DNA of 64,000 nt, from contig JAADHS010000012.1 of assembly GCA_013151745.1 (NCBI GenBank), positions 4,354-68,353 of the forward strand. The letters run 5' to 3'. Below the pieces are notes generated by a model. The model worked only from the letters and a program-made list of their open reading frames with translations. It was not told the origin of the DNA and did no database searches. Position numbers and translations under genes: made by a program. Shown in pieces: positions 20,305 to 31,472 of this stretch (its first letter is position 1; each line of letters starts with the position of its first letter). The stretch comes from Gammaproteobacteria bacterium (GTDB taxonomy: Bacteria > Pseudomonadota > Gammaproteobacteria > JAADHS01).

Positions 20305-20378
20305 ATATTTTTATAGCGCCATTTGTCTTGTCATTCTCTTTCACAGCCTGCTTTGGTAGAGTTGGCCTGCGTCGTTCT

Positions 20379-20789
20379 TTAATAACCCGCTTTGATGTGA
20401 TCTATTGTGATTTGTAAAAATGTACGCCACTGTTGTTCCATGGCAGGTGTGAATTCAGAATCAAGCTCGGTGAATACGGTCATCAAGCTATCAAGCCAAT
20501 AGATATATAAGTGTGGAGCGATATCTAGATTATGCCGGGTGTGACTGTTGCGTATTTTATTGATCGCTTGTTTGGCAACGACATTGTCTTCGGGGAAAAG
20601 TAGAGATAAAGCAAGAGATTGCTCTAGCAAATTGTATTGTTTTTTTAAGTCTGTATTAGCAAATTTAGCAGAAATTTCTGGTGAGCTGGCCATGAGAACC
20701 TCATAAAACCGGGGTAAAAATTCTGATTTAGCAACAACACGGCCGAAACTTTGCTTCAATACGTGATGGTCGGCACCGGTTTCAGTCAT
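20379..20789 (-). CDS. Single-domain globin (bacterial hemoglobin-like)
   Basis: 136 aa. The pattern ..IRNSHTRHNLDIAPHLYIYWLDSLM.. parallels the F/G helix region of Vitreoscilla-type hemoglobins (KHxxxGVxxxHYxxVGxxLL). Confidence 0.5.
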   Translation of the reverse strand: MTETGADHHVLKQSFGRVVAKSEFLPRFYEVLMASSPEISAKFANTDLKKQYNLLEQSLALSLLFPEDNVVAKQAINKIRNSHTRHNLDIAPHLYIYWLDSLMTVFTELDSEFTPAMEQQWRTFLQITIDHIKAGY

Positions 20790-20813
20790 ATTATAGATCC
20801 CTTTAAGTTAATT

Positions 20814-21671
20814 TCAGGCGTTTATTTTTGCTTCGTAACTGGACAGTGTATTTTCAAGTAGTGTTGCCACTGTCATGGGTCCCACCCCGCCAGGTACGGG
20901 CGTGATCCAACCCGCTCGATTCGCCGCGATGGTAAAATCAAGGTCCCCCGTAATTTTACCGGTTTTACGCCTGTTGATTCCAATATCAATAACAGTGGCG
21001 CCGAGTTTTATCCATCTGCTGTTGACGATGTCGGGTTTGCCTACGGCAACCACAAGAATGTCTGCTTGCGCGACGTGTTTTTCAAGGTTTTCAGTGAAGC
21101 GATGGCATGTCGTGACGGTGGCTCCAGCTAACAATAGTTCTAGTAACATTGGACGACCCACATGGTTCGATGCACCAACAATCACTGCATAAGCGCCTTT
21201 TATTCTTGTTTCTGTGTGACGGAGTAAGGTCATTACGCCCGCAGGCGTACATGAGCGTAAAGTAGGCAGCCGTACTGCTAAACGGCCAATGTTATAAGGG
21301 TGGAAGCCGTCTACATCTTTTTTCGGGTGGATAGATTCTATGATTGTTTCGGTATCAATGTGTGTGGGCAAGGGCAATTGTACGAGAATACCGTCGATGG
21401 TTTCATCTTCGTTTAATTGTTCAATCAGCGTGATGAGTTCTTTTTGAGAAATGTCTGGAGAGAGATCTATAGCTTTTGACGCTATTCCCGCAGCAGCGCA
21501 GGCTTTGCGTTTATTGGTGACGTAAATTTCTGACGCGGGGTCGCTGCCGACCAGGAGCACCGCGAGTCCAGGTGCACGTCTTCCTGCTTCTATATGTTCG
21601 TTAACACGCGATTTGATTGTTTCACGTATTCCGAGAGCAATGGTTTTTCCGTCTATAATACGTGCTGTCAT
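20814..21671 (-). CDS. folD: Bifunctional 5,10-methylene-THF dehydrogenase/cyclohydrolase
   Basis: 285 aa with the typical N-terminus (AxIIDGKxIA..) and an NAD(P)-binding core. Confidence 0.92.
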   Translation of the reverse strand: MTARIIDGKTIALGIRETIKSRVNEHIEAGRRAPGLAVLLVGSDPASEIYVTNKRKACAAAGIASKAIDLSPDISQKELITLIEQLNEDETIDGILVQLPLPTHIDTETIIESIHPKKDVDGFHPYNIGRLAVRLPTLRSCTPAGVMTLLRHTETRIKGAYAVIVGASNHVGRPMLLELLLAGATVTTCHRFTENLEKHVAQADILVVAVGKPDIVNSRWIKLGATVIDIGINRRKTGKITGDLDFTIAANRAGWITPVPGGVGPMTVATLLENTLSSYEAKINA

Positions 21672-21881
21672 GCCGATGTCGAATCGCTACGAATGGAAAG
21701 AAAGCGCGTATTGTAACGATTTCTTGCAAGCGATGCCAAAGTAGTTCAGAAAAACCTTTGAGCTTAGGGATTGTAATAATAATTAGAGGCGTTTGATGTA
21801 GCGAAGAGGATATGCAACCACGTGGAGAAATTGCGTAAATAATGTTAAAATTCAATGTACTTTGTATTGAGGAGCTGGTCT

Positions 21882-23285
21882 GTGTCGGGAAAAACGCTTT
21901 ATGATAAGCTATGGGAAGCTCACGTTGTTCGAGAGAATGAAGAGGATGCTTGCCTTTTATATATAGATCGCCATTTAATTCATGAAGTGACGTCTCCCCA
22001 AGCTTTTGAAGGATTACGCCTGGCCGGGCGCAAGCCCCGGCGGGTTGCGGCGAATCTGGCTATGCCGGATCATAATATACCCACAACGAATCGTTGCCAG
22101 GGCATCATCGATCCCGTTGCACGGTTGCAAGTTGAGACGCTGGATAAAAACTGTGAAGCCTTTGCGATTGAAGAATTTCGTACCGATGATCCACGTCAAG
22201 GTATTGTGCATGTTGTAGGGCCGGAGCAGGGTGCCACTTTGCCGGGTATGACCGTAGTCTGTGGTGATTCCCACACCTCTACCCATGGCGCTTTAGGTGC
22301 CTTAGCACATGGTATTGGGACGTCTGAAGTGGAGCACGTGTTAGCAACGCAGTGCTTGATTCAGAAAAAATCTAAAAATATGTGCATAGAAATTAACGGT
22401 AAACTGGGTGCGGGCGTGTCTGCCAAGGATGTTGTTTTGGCGATCATTGGTGAGATAGGCACTGCCGGTGGCACGGGTTATGCCGTTGAGTTTACCGGTG
22501 ATGTGATCCGTGAACTCTCGATAGAAGGTCGCATGACCGTTTGCAATATGACAATTGAGGCCGGTGCTCGTGCGGGTATGGTCGCTGTTGATGATAAAAC
22601 GATAGAGTATGTCAAGGGTCGGCCTTTTGCGCCCTCTGTAGAGGTATGGCAGCGGGCTGTTGAGGCTTGGCGTGATTTACATAGTGATGATAATGCTCGG
22701 TTTGATAAAGTGGTGCAGATTGATGGGCGCGCTATTCGACCTCAAGTGACATGGGGAACTTCGCCAGAAATGGTTTTATCTGTGGCGGATGTCGTACCCG
22801 ATCCTCAAAAGGAACATGATCCTGTCAAACGGGGGGGGATAGAAAGAGCATTGGCTTATATGGGGTTGACAGCCGGCACCGCGATAACGGACATTGCTAT
22901 CGATGCGGTTTTTATTGGTTCTTGTACAAATTCCCGTATTGAAGATTTACGTCAAGCGGCAGCGGTGATTCGAGGGCGCACCATTGCGTCTCGTGTAAAA
23001 CAGGCTTTGGTGGTGCCGGGTTCGGGTTTGGTAAAACAACAGGCTGAAGCGGAAGGTTTACATGATCTCTTTACTGCGGCCGGGTTTTCATGGCGTGAAC
23101 CGGGTTGCTCGATGTGTCTGGCTATGAATGCTGATCGTTTGCAGCCACAGGAACGCTGTGCATCGACTTCAAATCGAAACTTTGAAGGCCGTCAAGGTCA
23201 AGGAGGGCGAACGCATCTTGTCAGTCCGGCAATGGCTGCTGCGGCTGCGATAGCAGGCCATTTTGTTGATGTGAGCGTAGGGTAA
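21882..23285 (+). CDS. leuC: 3-isopropylmalate dehydratase large subunit
   Basis: Aconitase-family protein. The start is moved to GTG at 21882 (GGAG RBS 7 nt upstream), giving [16 protein letters not shown] like E. coli MAKTLYEKLFDAHVV. Cys ligands CGDSH..GSCTNS..CSMC are present. Confidence 0.92.
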   Translation: MSGKTLYDKLWEAHVVRENEEDACLLYIDRHLIHEVTSPQAFEGLRLAGRKPRRVAANLAMPDHNIPTTNRCQGIIDPVARLQVETLDKNCEAFAIEEFRTDDPRQGIVHVVGPEQGATLPGMTVVCGDSHTSTHGALGALAHGIGTSEVEHVLATQCLIQKKSKNMCIEINGKLGAGVSAKDVVLAIIGEIGTAGGTGYAVEFTGDVIRELSIEGRMTVCNMTIEAGARAGMVAVDDKTIEYVKGRPFAPSVEVWQRAVEAWRDLHSDDNARFDKVVQIDGRAIRPQVTWGTSPEMVLSVADVVPDPQKEHDPVKRGGIERALAYMGLTAGTAITDIAIDAVFIGSCTNSRIEDLRQAAAVIRGRTIASRVKQALVVPGSGLVKQQAEAEGLHDLFTAAGFSWREPGCSMCLAMNADRLQPQERCASTSNRNFEGRQGQGGRTHLVSPAMAAAAAIAGHFVDVSVG

Positions 23286-23388
23286 AAAATCGGGTGTTTG
23301 AGGTTTTTCTCGGTGGATTAGTTTATTTGACAAAAACACACAACGACCCATTTTTTTTTGATCCTCTCTAACTAAATAAGGAAGCATC

Positions 23389-23967
23389 ATGCGCAAGCCT
23401 ATTCTATTATTATCGGGATTTCTTCTTTTAACACTCTTGATTGCTGCTTGTAGTAATTCGGGGATTCGCAAGGATTCTCCAGCATTGGCATTGGTGGGTA
23501 ATGACGCCTACCTGAAAGTCAATGTCTGGTATGAACATCCCCTGAAAATTCTCTCAACCAACTACCATAAAGGCATTATGTTAAAAGTGGGAGATAAATT
23601 TAAAATCATCGATGTCAGTGGTAAAAAAATAATTTTCAGTGATGAAAATGGCATCGAATACGCCATTATTTACAATCGAGGACATACTCTGGTTAGTATG
23701 GCCGATCTGCTTTCTCGTACCTTTAGCAAAACCAGTGTGCTGGAGCCGGGAGGCGCTTTCTCAAAGTTTTCCGAAATGGAACAGCAAAATATTCGTCAAG
23801 GTAAGGTCGTCATAGGTATGAGTAAAAATGCCGTTGTCATGGCTTTCGGCTACCCGCCTGAGCATCGCACTTCGACCAGAGCAGCGGATGCCTGGACGTA
23901 CTGGCGGAATAGATTTGTTACAAACAATGTCACCTTTGAAGAAGATAGAGTGGTTTCTTTTCGCTGA
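23389..23967 (+). CDS. Lipoprotein of unknown function inserted between leuC and leuD
   Basis: 192 aa with an AAGGAAG RBS. Signal peptide plus lipobox (LLTLLIAAC|SNSG). No recognisable domain. Confidence 0.6.
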   Translation: MRKPILLLSGFLLLTLLIAACSNSGIRKDSPALALVGNDAYLKVNVWYEHPLKILSTNYHKGIMLKVGDKFKIIDVSGKKIIFSDENGIEYAIIYNRGHTLVSMADLLSRTFSKTSVLEPGGAFSKFSEMEQQNIRQGKVVIGMSKNAVVMAFGYPPEHRTSTRAADAWTYWRNRFVTNNVTFEEDRVVSFR

Positions 23968-24181
23968 ACGAGGAACATAAGGCGGTGCATATTCAGGTGT
24001 AAGTAAGTTATAAATTATTAACGAATATGGTATAAAAAACGATACAATCTGGCCTCTTTGAGATAGGTGTGGCATGCTGGGCTATTTTCCTTTTTCTGTG
24101 TCGAAAAAGGCTAGGAAACACCTCCTTGTGAGTGATTTTCAAGTTATTTGAGTGGGAATGTAATATTTTTAGGTGTGATAT

Positions 24182-24832
24182 ATGGACGCTTTTGTAGCAA
24201 TAACAGGCATTGTAATGCCATTAGACCGGCATAATGTTGATACTGATGCCATTATTCCAAAGCAATTTTTAAAATCGATCAAGCGAACCGGGTTTGGTGC
24301 GAATTTGTTTGATGAATGGCGTTATTCAGATCACGGTGAGCCGAGTAAAGACCATAGTCAGCGTCCACTGAATAGAGATTTCATATTGAATCAGGCGCGT
24401 TACCAGGGGGCGACGGTATTATTGGTGCGTAGCAATTTTGGCTGTGGATCGTCACGTGAGCATGCGCCATGGGCTTTGCTGGACTATGGTTTTAAAGTCA
24501 TTGTTGGCTCAAGTTTTGCAGATATTTTCTATAATAACTGTTTTAAAAATGGGATTTTACCCGTTGTGTTGAATGAATCACAGATCGATGACTTGTTTAA
24601 ACAAGTCATCGAAAAAGAGGCTTATGCACTAACAGTAGATCTTGAAAAATGTGTAATTACCGGTCCAAATGGGGCTAATATACCTTTTGAGATTGAAAAA
24701 TTCAGGCGGCATTGTTTACTCAATGGTCTGGACGATATTGCTCTAACCATGGAACACATTTCGGCTATTGACGCTTACGAGCAGCGTCGCCGAAAAGAAA
24801 CACCTTGGTTGTTTGCTGATGACAAGGGATAA
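24182..24832 (+). CDS. leuD: 3-isopropylmalate dehydratase small subunit
   Basis: 216 aa with the characteristic motif ..[13 protein letters not shown].. Confidence 0.92.
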   Translation: MDAFVAITGIVMPLDRHNVDTDAIIPKQFLKSIKRTGFGANLFDEWRYSDHGEPSKDHSQRPLNRDFILNQARYQGATVLLVRSNFGCGSSREHAPWALLDYGFKVIVGSSFADIFYNNCFKNGILPVVLNESQIDDLFKQVIEKEAYALTVDLEKCVITGPNGANIPFEIEKFRRHCLLNGLDDIALTMEHISAIDAYEQRRRKETPWLFADDKG

Positions 24833-24835
24833 AGC

Positions 24836-25924
24836 ATGACCAATAAAATAGCCGTTTTGCCGGGAGATGGCATTGGCCCTGAAATTGTCAGTGAAGCGGT
24901 AAAAGTACTGGATTGTTTACAATCAGAATTTGGTCTGGCTGTTGAAATGGAGAGCGGACTCATAGGGGGGGGCGCTTATGATGAAACAGGTTCCCCTTTT
25001 CCTGACGCAACACGTGATTTAGCACGCGCTGCTGATGCGGTGCTGCTGGGTGCGGTTGGTGGTGTGAAATGGGAGTCGCTTGATATTTCTATACGCCCGG
25101 AAAAAGGGTTATTGGCCATACGCTCGGATCTGGGTTTGTTTGCGAATTTGCGCCCCGCATTATTGTATCCACAGTTGGCTAGCGCTTCGACATTAAAGCC
25201 TGAAGTTGTTGCTGGACTGGATATCATGATTGTGCGAGAACTGACCGGTGGTATTTATTTTGGACAACCCCGTGGGGTACGGACGCTGGATAATGGCGAA
25301 CGCCAGGGATACAACACGCTCATTTATAAAGAATCAGAAATAAGCCGTATTGGTAGAGTGGCTTTTGATATAGCCAGAAAAAGAGGAAAAAAAGTTTGTT
25401 CTGTTGATAAAGCAAATGTTCTAGAGTGTACTGAGTTATGGCGTGAGGTGATGATCGATGTCGCTGAAAGTTATACTGATATAGAGTTGAGTCATATGTA
25501 TGTTGATAATGCGGCCATGCAGTTAGTGCGAGCCCCTAAACAATTTGATGTAGTGGTGACGAGTAACTTGTTTGGTGATATCCTCTCTGATTGTGCTGCT
25601 ATGTTGACAGGCTCCATTGGTATGTTGCCATCCGCTTCCTTAAATGAGGACGGTAAGGGGATGTACGAACCTATTCATGGGTCGGCTCCTGATATTGCAG
25701 GCAGAGGCTTGGCGAACCCGCTAGCAACACTGCTCTCTGTTGCTATGTTGTTACGTTATACCTTAAATGAAGTGCCGTTGGCTGACCAGCTTGAGCAAGC
25801 TGTGAATCAAGTCTTGGATAAAGGGTTAAGAACCCCCGATATCTATACCGATGGCATGAATAAAGTTGGAACAGCTCAAATGGGTGATGCGGTTGTGGAT
25901 GTATTAAGAGAGGCTGCAAAATAA
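24836..25924 (+). CDS. leuB: 3-isopropylmalate dehydrogenase
   Basis: 362 aa with the isocitrate/isopropylmalate DH signature (..NLFGDILSD..). Confidence 0.93.
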   Translation: MTNKIAVLPGDGIGPEIVSEAVKVLDCLQSEFGLAVEMESGLIGGGAYDETGSPFPDATRDLARAADAVLLGAVGGVKWESLDISIRPEKGLLAIRSDLGLFANLRPALLYPQLASASTLKPEVVAGLDIMIVRELTGGIYFGQPRGVRTLDNGERQGYNTLIYKESEISRIGRVAFDIARKRGKKVCSVDKANVLECTELWREVMIDVAESYTDIELSHMYVDNAAMQLVRAPKQFDVVVTSNLFGDILSDCAAMLTGSIGMLPSASLNEDGKGMYEPIHGSAPDIAGRGLANPLATLLSVAMLLRYTLNEVPLADQLEQAVNQVLDKGLRTPDIYTDGMNKVGTAQMGDAVVDVLREAAK

Positions 25925-26949
25925 TGAGTAGATTGTATAATGTTGCGGTTGTTGGGGCAACGGGTGCAGTAGGGGAGGCGATGTTGTCTATTCTCGCTGA
26001 GCGTAATTTCCCTGTTAACAACATCTATCCATTGGCGAGCAGTCGTTCCGCAGGTAAGCGCGTTCAATTTAAAAATAAAAACCTGCTGGTAAAGGATTTG
26101 GCCGAATTTGATTTTTCCCAGGCGCAAATCGCATTATTTTCTGCTGGGGGATCCGTTTCCGCTGAATATGCGCCTAAAGCTGCAGCAGCAGGTTCGGTTG
26201 TGATTGATAATACTTCGCATTTTCGTTATGACGATGATATTCCGTTGATTGTGCCCGAAGTCAATCCTCATGCTTTGCCGAGATATAAAAAACGCAACAT
26301 TATCGCCAATCCCAATTGTTCCACTATACAAATGGTAGTGGCATTAAAACCAATACATGATATTGCGACTATTGAACGCATCAATGTATGTACTTATCAA
26401 GCGGTATCAGGAACAGGTAAAGAAGCGATCGAAGAGTTAGCGGGGCAAACAGCAGCCTTATTGAATGGAAAAGAAATTGAAACCCAAGTTTATCCCAAAC
26501 AAATTGCATTTAATGCTTTGCCTCAAATCGATGTCTTTATGGACAATGGTTATACCAAAGAAGAGATGAAAATGGTGTGGGAGACACAAAAAATATTTGA
26601 AGATAAAAATATCAAGGTGAATCCGACCGCTGTGCGTATTCCCGTTTTTTATGGACATTCAGAAGCTTTACATATTGAAACTAAAGAAAAAATCACGGCG
26701 GAAGCCGCTCGAGAAGCGTTATCAAAAGCGCCTGGGGTGGTGGTTATAGATGAGCAGAAAACAGGGGTTTACCCGACGGCAGTGACTGAGTGTGCGGGTA
26801 AAGATCCGGTGTTTGTTGGTAGAATCAGAAACGATGTTTCACTTTCAAAGGGTTTAGATTTGTGGGTAGTCGCCGATAACGTACGCAAAGGGGCCGCATT
26901 AAACAGCGTCCAAATCGCGGAGTTATTGATTAAAGATGGCTTGGCTTAA
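25924..26949 (+). CDS. asd: Aspartate-semialdehyde dehydrogenase
   Basis: 341 aa: N-terminal GATGAVG Rossmann motif and active-site Cys in ..IANPNCSTIQ.. Confidence 0.93.
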   Translation: MSRLYNVAVVGATGAVGEAMLSILAERNFPVNNIYPLASSRSAGKRVQFKNKNLLVKDLAEFDFSQAQIALFSAGGSVSAEYAPKAAAAGSVVIDNTSHFRYDDDIPLIVPEVNPHALPRYKKRNIIANPNCSTIQMVVALKPIHDIATIERINVCTYQAVSGTGKEAIEELAGQTAALLNGKEIETQVYPKQIAFNALPQIDVFMDNGYTKEEMKMVWETQKIFEDKNIKVNPTAVRIPVFYGHSEALHIETKEKITAEAAREALSKAPGVVVIDEQKTGVYPTAVTECAGKDPVFVGRIRNDVSLSKGLDLWVVADNVRKGAALNSVQIAELLIKDGLA

Positions 26950-27122
26950 ATGTCTGACACTTTATATCTTTGCGCTAAAGAACTGGTTCTGTTATATTTT
27001 TTGTGGTCTGAATAAAAAACAATGCGACAATACTGCAGCAGATTGGACAGACGACTCAGGTATTGGCCTGGGTTGGTCGTTGAAAATGCAGGCATGTTGG
27101 CTCAGGGAGGTGGAAAATAAGC

Positions 27123-30100
27123 GTGCGAGTTCTAAAATCCCTTATAGTAGGAATAGGCTTATTCGTTTTCGGTGTGACGCAAGTCTATGGTTTAGGGTTA
27201 GGTGATATTGAGCTTAACTCCAACTTGAATCAGCCCCTTAAGGCTAAAATTGAGTTGTTTGTCGTTGATCCTGATGAATTGAAACAGCTTGAAGTGAAGT
27301 TGGCCGATAAAACGGCTTATGAAATTTCTGGTGTTGAGCATGTTCCTCTGCTAAATGATCTGATTTTTAAAGTGGTCGCGATCGATGGTAATCAAGTTGT
27401 GATTGAAGTCACGACTGAGTCGCCGGTACGTGAACCGTTCCTGGATTTTATTGTTGAGGCGAATTGGGCAGCGGGGCGCTTGCTGAGAGAGTATACTCTG
27501 CTTCTTGATCCTCCAATCTATGCGCAGGAGCACACGGCTCCCATTGTTGCGGCACAAACAATACAACTGTCTTCAGCAAAATCAGAAACGGCTTCCGCTG
27601 AGACTTCGCAACCTGAATCTGCAACAAGCTCATCTACAGTAACGCAATCTTCTGGCCAATTTACTGGGAATGAATATGGGCCTGTTAAAAATAATGAAAA
27701 TTTGTGGAGTATTGCGGAAAAAATGCGCACGGATGGTTCTACTACCGAACAAGTCATGATGGGCTTGTTTAAAATGAATCCAGACGCTTTTTCTGATAAG
27801 AATATTAATAAATTACAAGCAGGCTATGTTTTACGTGTGCCCGATGCAACTACAATCCAGGCGTTGAGTCACTCGGAAGCGGCGAAGCAGGCTCGGCAGC
27901 ATTATAGTGATTGGTTGACACAACGACGTCTTGCTGCGGTCGCAAGCAATCAGTTACCTGGTAATGGCGCGGGTTTGGCAGCGCGAGCTGAAACCAGCGA
28001 TGCTCAGGTCTCTTCAGCTGGTTCAGATGCACAGCTCCGTCTTGTTAGCCCTGAAGAAGGCCAGGACGGATTATCTGGAGCGGGTAGCGGCGGTTTGTCT
28101 GTTACGGATTTGTCGAGAGTGCAAGCTGCAGAAGCTGACATAGCAGCTCAAGCATTGCAAACACGAATTCAAGAACTGGAGAGTAAATTGTCTCAGAAAG
28201 AGCGTTTACTCACATTGCAAAATGATGCTTTATACGAGTTACAGCAGCAGTTAGGAGGCCAAGGAGATTTAGTAGAAGCCACCGCCACCGAATTTACTGA
28301 TGCTGATGCGGCTAATGACCCGACGACAATACGCTCACCTGGCGAAGTGGTAGCTAACGCCGAGCCTGCTGAATCTACAACAGAAACAATAACAACGCCA
28401 GAAAAGGCGGCAACTTCGGTCGCGGATGTTGAGCCAGAGTCTAGTGTTGTTGTGACGGCACAAGTGGATCCACCATCGACAGTAGCAGAAAATAAGTGGA
28501 TGGATCTATTAGAAAATACCAATGTGTTGTTAATAGGTGGTGCTGTTTTATTGCTGATTGGTGCGCTAATTTGGGGTTGGGTGCGACGCCGACAATTAGT
28601 GGCTGAAGAAGAATTTGATGCCGAGGCGTACGGACTCTTGCCTGGTGAGTTGAAAATGCCAGAGGGTGACGGTGAAGTTGGCATTATGCAAGCTGAAACG
28701 GAACGGCCAGAGTCTGTTTTAAGCGATTCTCGCATTGCGTCAGAAGAAGTTGAAAGTAGTGATATCTTTGCAGAAGATTCGACTGCGGGTATGGATTCTT
28801 TTGAAACGGATGATGTCGAGGTTGATCCTCTTGCCGAAGCTGATGTTTATCTTGCCTATCGTCGTTATGGCCAAGCTGAAAATAGAATTAGAACCGCGCT
28901 GGAACAAGATCCTGAATCAGAACGTCTGCACATGAAGTTGATGGAAATTTATTATAGCTCTGAAAACCAGCTTGCTTTTGAGGCCGAAGCTGAAGCTATT
29001 TTTGCACGACAAGGTGGCGATGAGACAGCCTGGTCACAAATAGTCGAAATGGGTCGTGAATTATGCCCGGATCATCCTCTGTTTGGTGAAACGAAAGCAA
29101 CAGATACGACTGAGTTAGATAACCTCTCTTTAGATGAAGATATTGACCTGGATAGCTTTGACTTAGATCATTCTGGTGCTGATGCGCAGTCTCAGGATGA
29201 TATGTTTGCAATGACGCCAGATGATGTTTCGACTGAAATGCTTGCCGAAGCAGATGATCATTCTGCCCCACTTGACTCACTGCTAGACAGTGAAATTGAA
29301 GATTTGAATGGGGTTGAAGACTTAGCTGTAGATGCGGCCAGTCTTGATGAGATGTCGATTACTGATGAAACTATCGCTGAAACTGACAATGAAATTGCTT
29401 CTTTGCTGGAAGGTTTGGACAGCTTCGGAGAAGAGACCCCTGACTCTCCTGAGAGTAAAAATATTAAGGACAGTCGTGCTACTGATGAGTTACCAGCAGT
29501 GGCGGATCAGATGCAAGACGACGGGTTTGAAAATATTCCTTCCTTTGACAAAGAGGGCGCTCAAGCTGAGAGTCAAGTTAATTCTGAGGCCGAATTGTCA
29601 ACGGATAATGTCGTGGATTTTGATTCATCGGAACTTGCTCATTCTGGTCGAGTGGTGCATGGTGGTGGGCGTGATGATTTACCTTCGGACTTGGACTCGA
29701 GGGCGGCGGATGCTGATCTCGATAGAAAGAATAAAAACGAAGGTTTGAGTAGTGACATTGCGGCACATGCTGAAGATGAAAACGTTGATTTTGTAGCGGG
29801 TCTGGATTTAAGTGGTTTGGGCGGCGATATTACTAGTGACGATTTTTCATCAGAGTCAAAATACTTACAGGATGATAATGAAGATAGCAGCATTGCGGCT
29901 GATATCATTCCAATGCCAGGAGCGGAAGTTGTTGATAGTGTGCCGGAAAATGTGGGTCATGCTGATGTTCGGAGTGGTGACTTGTTTGGTGGTATGGATG
30001 CAATAGGAACGAAGCTTGATTTGGCACGTGCCTATATTGAAATGGAAGATAGAGTTGGTGCGCGTGATATCCTGGAAGAAGTCTTAGAAGAAGGTAGCGA

Positions 30101-30146
30101 CGATCAGAAGCAGGAAGCTGAGACAATTATGCATAATATGAATTAA
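27123..30146 (+). CDS. fimV: FimV/HubP-family pilus assembly and polar-landmark protein
   Basis: 1007 aa with a GTG start. Signal/TM at the N-terminus, a conserved FimV N-terminal region, a LysM motif (..NLWSIAEKM..KLQAGYVLRVPD), a long highly acidic low-complexity middle, a TM segment (LLIGGAVLLLIGALIWGW) and a TPR-like FimV C-terminal motif (..DLARAYIEMEDRVGARDILEEVLEEG..). It lies downstream of asd as in Pseudomonas. Confidence 0.8.
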   Translation: MRVLKSLIVGIGLFVFGVTQVYGLGLGDIELNSNLNQPLKAKIELFVVDPDELKQLEVKLADKTAYEISGVEHVPLLNDLIFKVVAIDGNQVVIEVTTESPVREPFLDFIVEANWAAGRLLREYTLLLDPPIYAQEHTAPIVAAQTIQLSSAKSETASAETSQPESATSSSTVTQSSGQFTGNEYGPVKNNENLWSIAEKMRTDGSTTEQVMMGLFKMNPDAFSDKNINKLQAGYVLRVPDATTIQALSHSEAAKQARQHYSDWLTQRRLAAVASNQLPGNGAGLAARAETSDAQVSSAGSDAQLRLVSPEEGQDGLSGAGSGGLSVTDLSRVQAAEADIAAQALQTRIQELESKLSQKERLLTLQNDALYELQQQLGGQGDLVEATATEFTDADAANDPTTIRSPGEVVANAEPAESTTETITTPEKAATSVADVEPESSVVVTAQVDPPSTVAENKWMDLLENTNVLLIGGAVLLLIGALIWGWVRRRQLVAEEEFDAEAYGLLPGELKMPEGDGEVGIMQAETERPESVLSDSRIASEEVESSDIFAEDSTAGMDSFETDDVEVDPLAEADVYLAYRRYGQAENRIRTALEQDPESERLHMKLMEIYYSSENQLAFEAEAEAIFARQGGDETAWSQIVEMGRELCPDHPLFGETKATDTTELDNLSLDEDIDLDSFDLDHSGADAQSQDDMFAMTPDDVSTEMLAEADDHSAPLDSLLDSEIEDLNGVEDLAVDAASLDEMSITDETIAETDNEIASLLEGLDSFGEETPDSPESKNIKDSRATDELPAVADQMQDDGFENIPSFDKEGAQAESQVNSEAELSTDNVVDFDSSELAHSGRVVHGGGRDDLPSDLDSRAADADLDRKNKNEGLSSDIAAHAEDENVDFVAGLDLSGLGGDITSDDFSSESKYLQDDNEDSSIAADIIPMPGAEVVDSVPENVGHADVRSGDLFGGMDAIGTKLDLARAYIEMEDRVGARDILEEVLEEGSDDQKQEAETIMHNMN

Positions 30147-30169
30147 GGAAGTGTGTACGAAATAACGGA

Positions 30170-30306
30170 TCTATATCCGTGGCGTTATAAATGTAGGTGC
30201 TAGCGCGTGTAGACGCGCTTTAGATCGGTTTTTCCGATTAAGGAAAAGCTGAAGATGAGGTACAGATGTGTGTGAAAAGATCTAAGTTTATAACGCCACG
30301 GGTATA
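30170..30306. repeat. Intergenic repeat element copy B (about 137 bp, terminal inverted repeats)
   Basis: ATATCCGTGGCGTTATAAA at 30173-30191 and TTTATAACGCCACGGGTATAT at 30287-30306. It shares the GGCGTTAT.AAT.TAGGTG.TAGC.CGTG and TCGGTTTTTCCGA modules with copy A. Confidence 0.75.
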
Positions 30307-30385
30307 TCTTAAGGAGGGTGTCCGGGATCGGAGATCATGTAGTCGTCAATCAGAATGAGCCAATACAAAATGGCCAAATTATTCC

Positions 30386-31084
30386 ATGCCTATTTCTGAC
30401 AGGTATCTTGTTCACCCCGTTATTCAGCTTGTTTCTCTAATCATTTTTGCAGGCAGTGTGTCTTTAGGAGACTCTAGAGATATTGTCCTTGCAGTGTTAA
30501 TTGTTTCTTGTCTATATCTTGTGCTGGGATTGTCTTATCTCTCTGGTGTGGGCAAGTTACTGCGTCGAATGAAGTGGTTTTTCATCTCTATTACTATTTT
30601 ATACTTATGGTTTACGCCAGGTGATGCCATTTTTTCAACTGGCCCGTTGTGGTCTATTTGGTTGCCGACCATCCAGGGTCTACAACAAGCACTGCATCGT
30701 GTTACGGCATTGGTTATTATTATTGCAGCGGTCAACTTGCTGTTGAAAACAAATTCTAGAGCGCAGTTATTAGCCGCCATTTATAGTTTAGCATTTCCCT
30801 TTCAGTTTCTAGGTTTATCAAGAGAACGTTTAGCAATCCGTATGAGCTTGGTTCTTGCTTTGGTTGATGAAAGCGCATCACTCATGAAGGAGGTGCGTGA
30901 GCGCGTAAGGCGTGATATCAATAGTAAAGCAGCTTACCTGGGCAAGCTTGCCGGAGCACTTTTTCTGGAGGCGATACAACGCGCTGAAGCGAGTCCATTA
31001 GTTCAGGTTGAAATCGCTTTAGATGATCGACCTCTTTTTTATCAGTGGTTACTGCCATTTTTTTTGCTATTTCTGTTCTGGTAG
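30386..31084 (+). CDS. Polytopic membrane protein, possibly EcfT/CbiQ-like
   Basis: 232 aa with at least five hydrophobic helices and an Arg-rich cytoplasmic loop. The similarity to ECF transporter T components is by eye only. Confidence 0.35.
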   Translation: MPISDRYLVHPVIQLVSLIIFAGSVSLGDSRDIVLAVLIVSCLYLVLGLSYLSGVGKLLRRMKWFFISITILYLWFTPGDAIFSTGPLWSIWLPTIQGLQQALHRVTALVIIIAAVNLLLKTNSRAQLLAAIYSLAFPFQFLGLSRERLAIRMSLVLALVDESASLMKEVRERVRRDINSKAAYLGKLAGALFLEAIQRAEASPLVQVEIALDDRPLFYQWLLPFFLLFLFW

Positions 31085-31472
31085 TGAGTTTTTGATTCGT
31101 GTGAATATGAATATATTTTCTATTGTTCCTTTTGTCATCTAGATGATACTCCTGTATTGATGCCTAAGTTATTCCGTGCACGTTTCCAAGATACTTGTTA
31201 TTCTTGAATTTGTAATATGGAAATAAGGTATAAGAGATATAGTGGCTCAGCAGACAATGCCGAAAAGGTTAAACCTAGAAAATGTAGCTGGATGCGAATG
31301 TACCTCGAGGGCATTTTTTCTAGGGCGCACCCTGAGGGCACTTCTTTCAGGGCGAATAGTGAAAATATTGATTCGAATAACGTAGCGGGGAAAATCGTGA
31401 TACAGCCCAAGGAAGGGCAAATATCGCAAAGCACAGGGATTGCGAAAGCGTACACCTTATTGGTGGTGAGAC

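Noticed and set aside
20160-20417. An 85-aa ORF spanning tRNA-Leu
   Set aside because: It overlaps a bona fide tRNA (20218-20304). It is an artefact of ORF calling in the tRNA cluster.
28193-28735. A 180-aa minus-strand Ser-rich ORF inside fimV
   Set aside because: It is an antisense read of the acidic, low-complexity FimV middle region, with no independent support.
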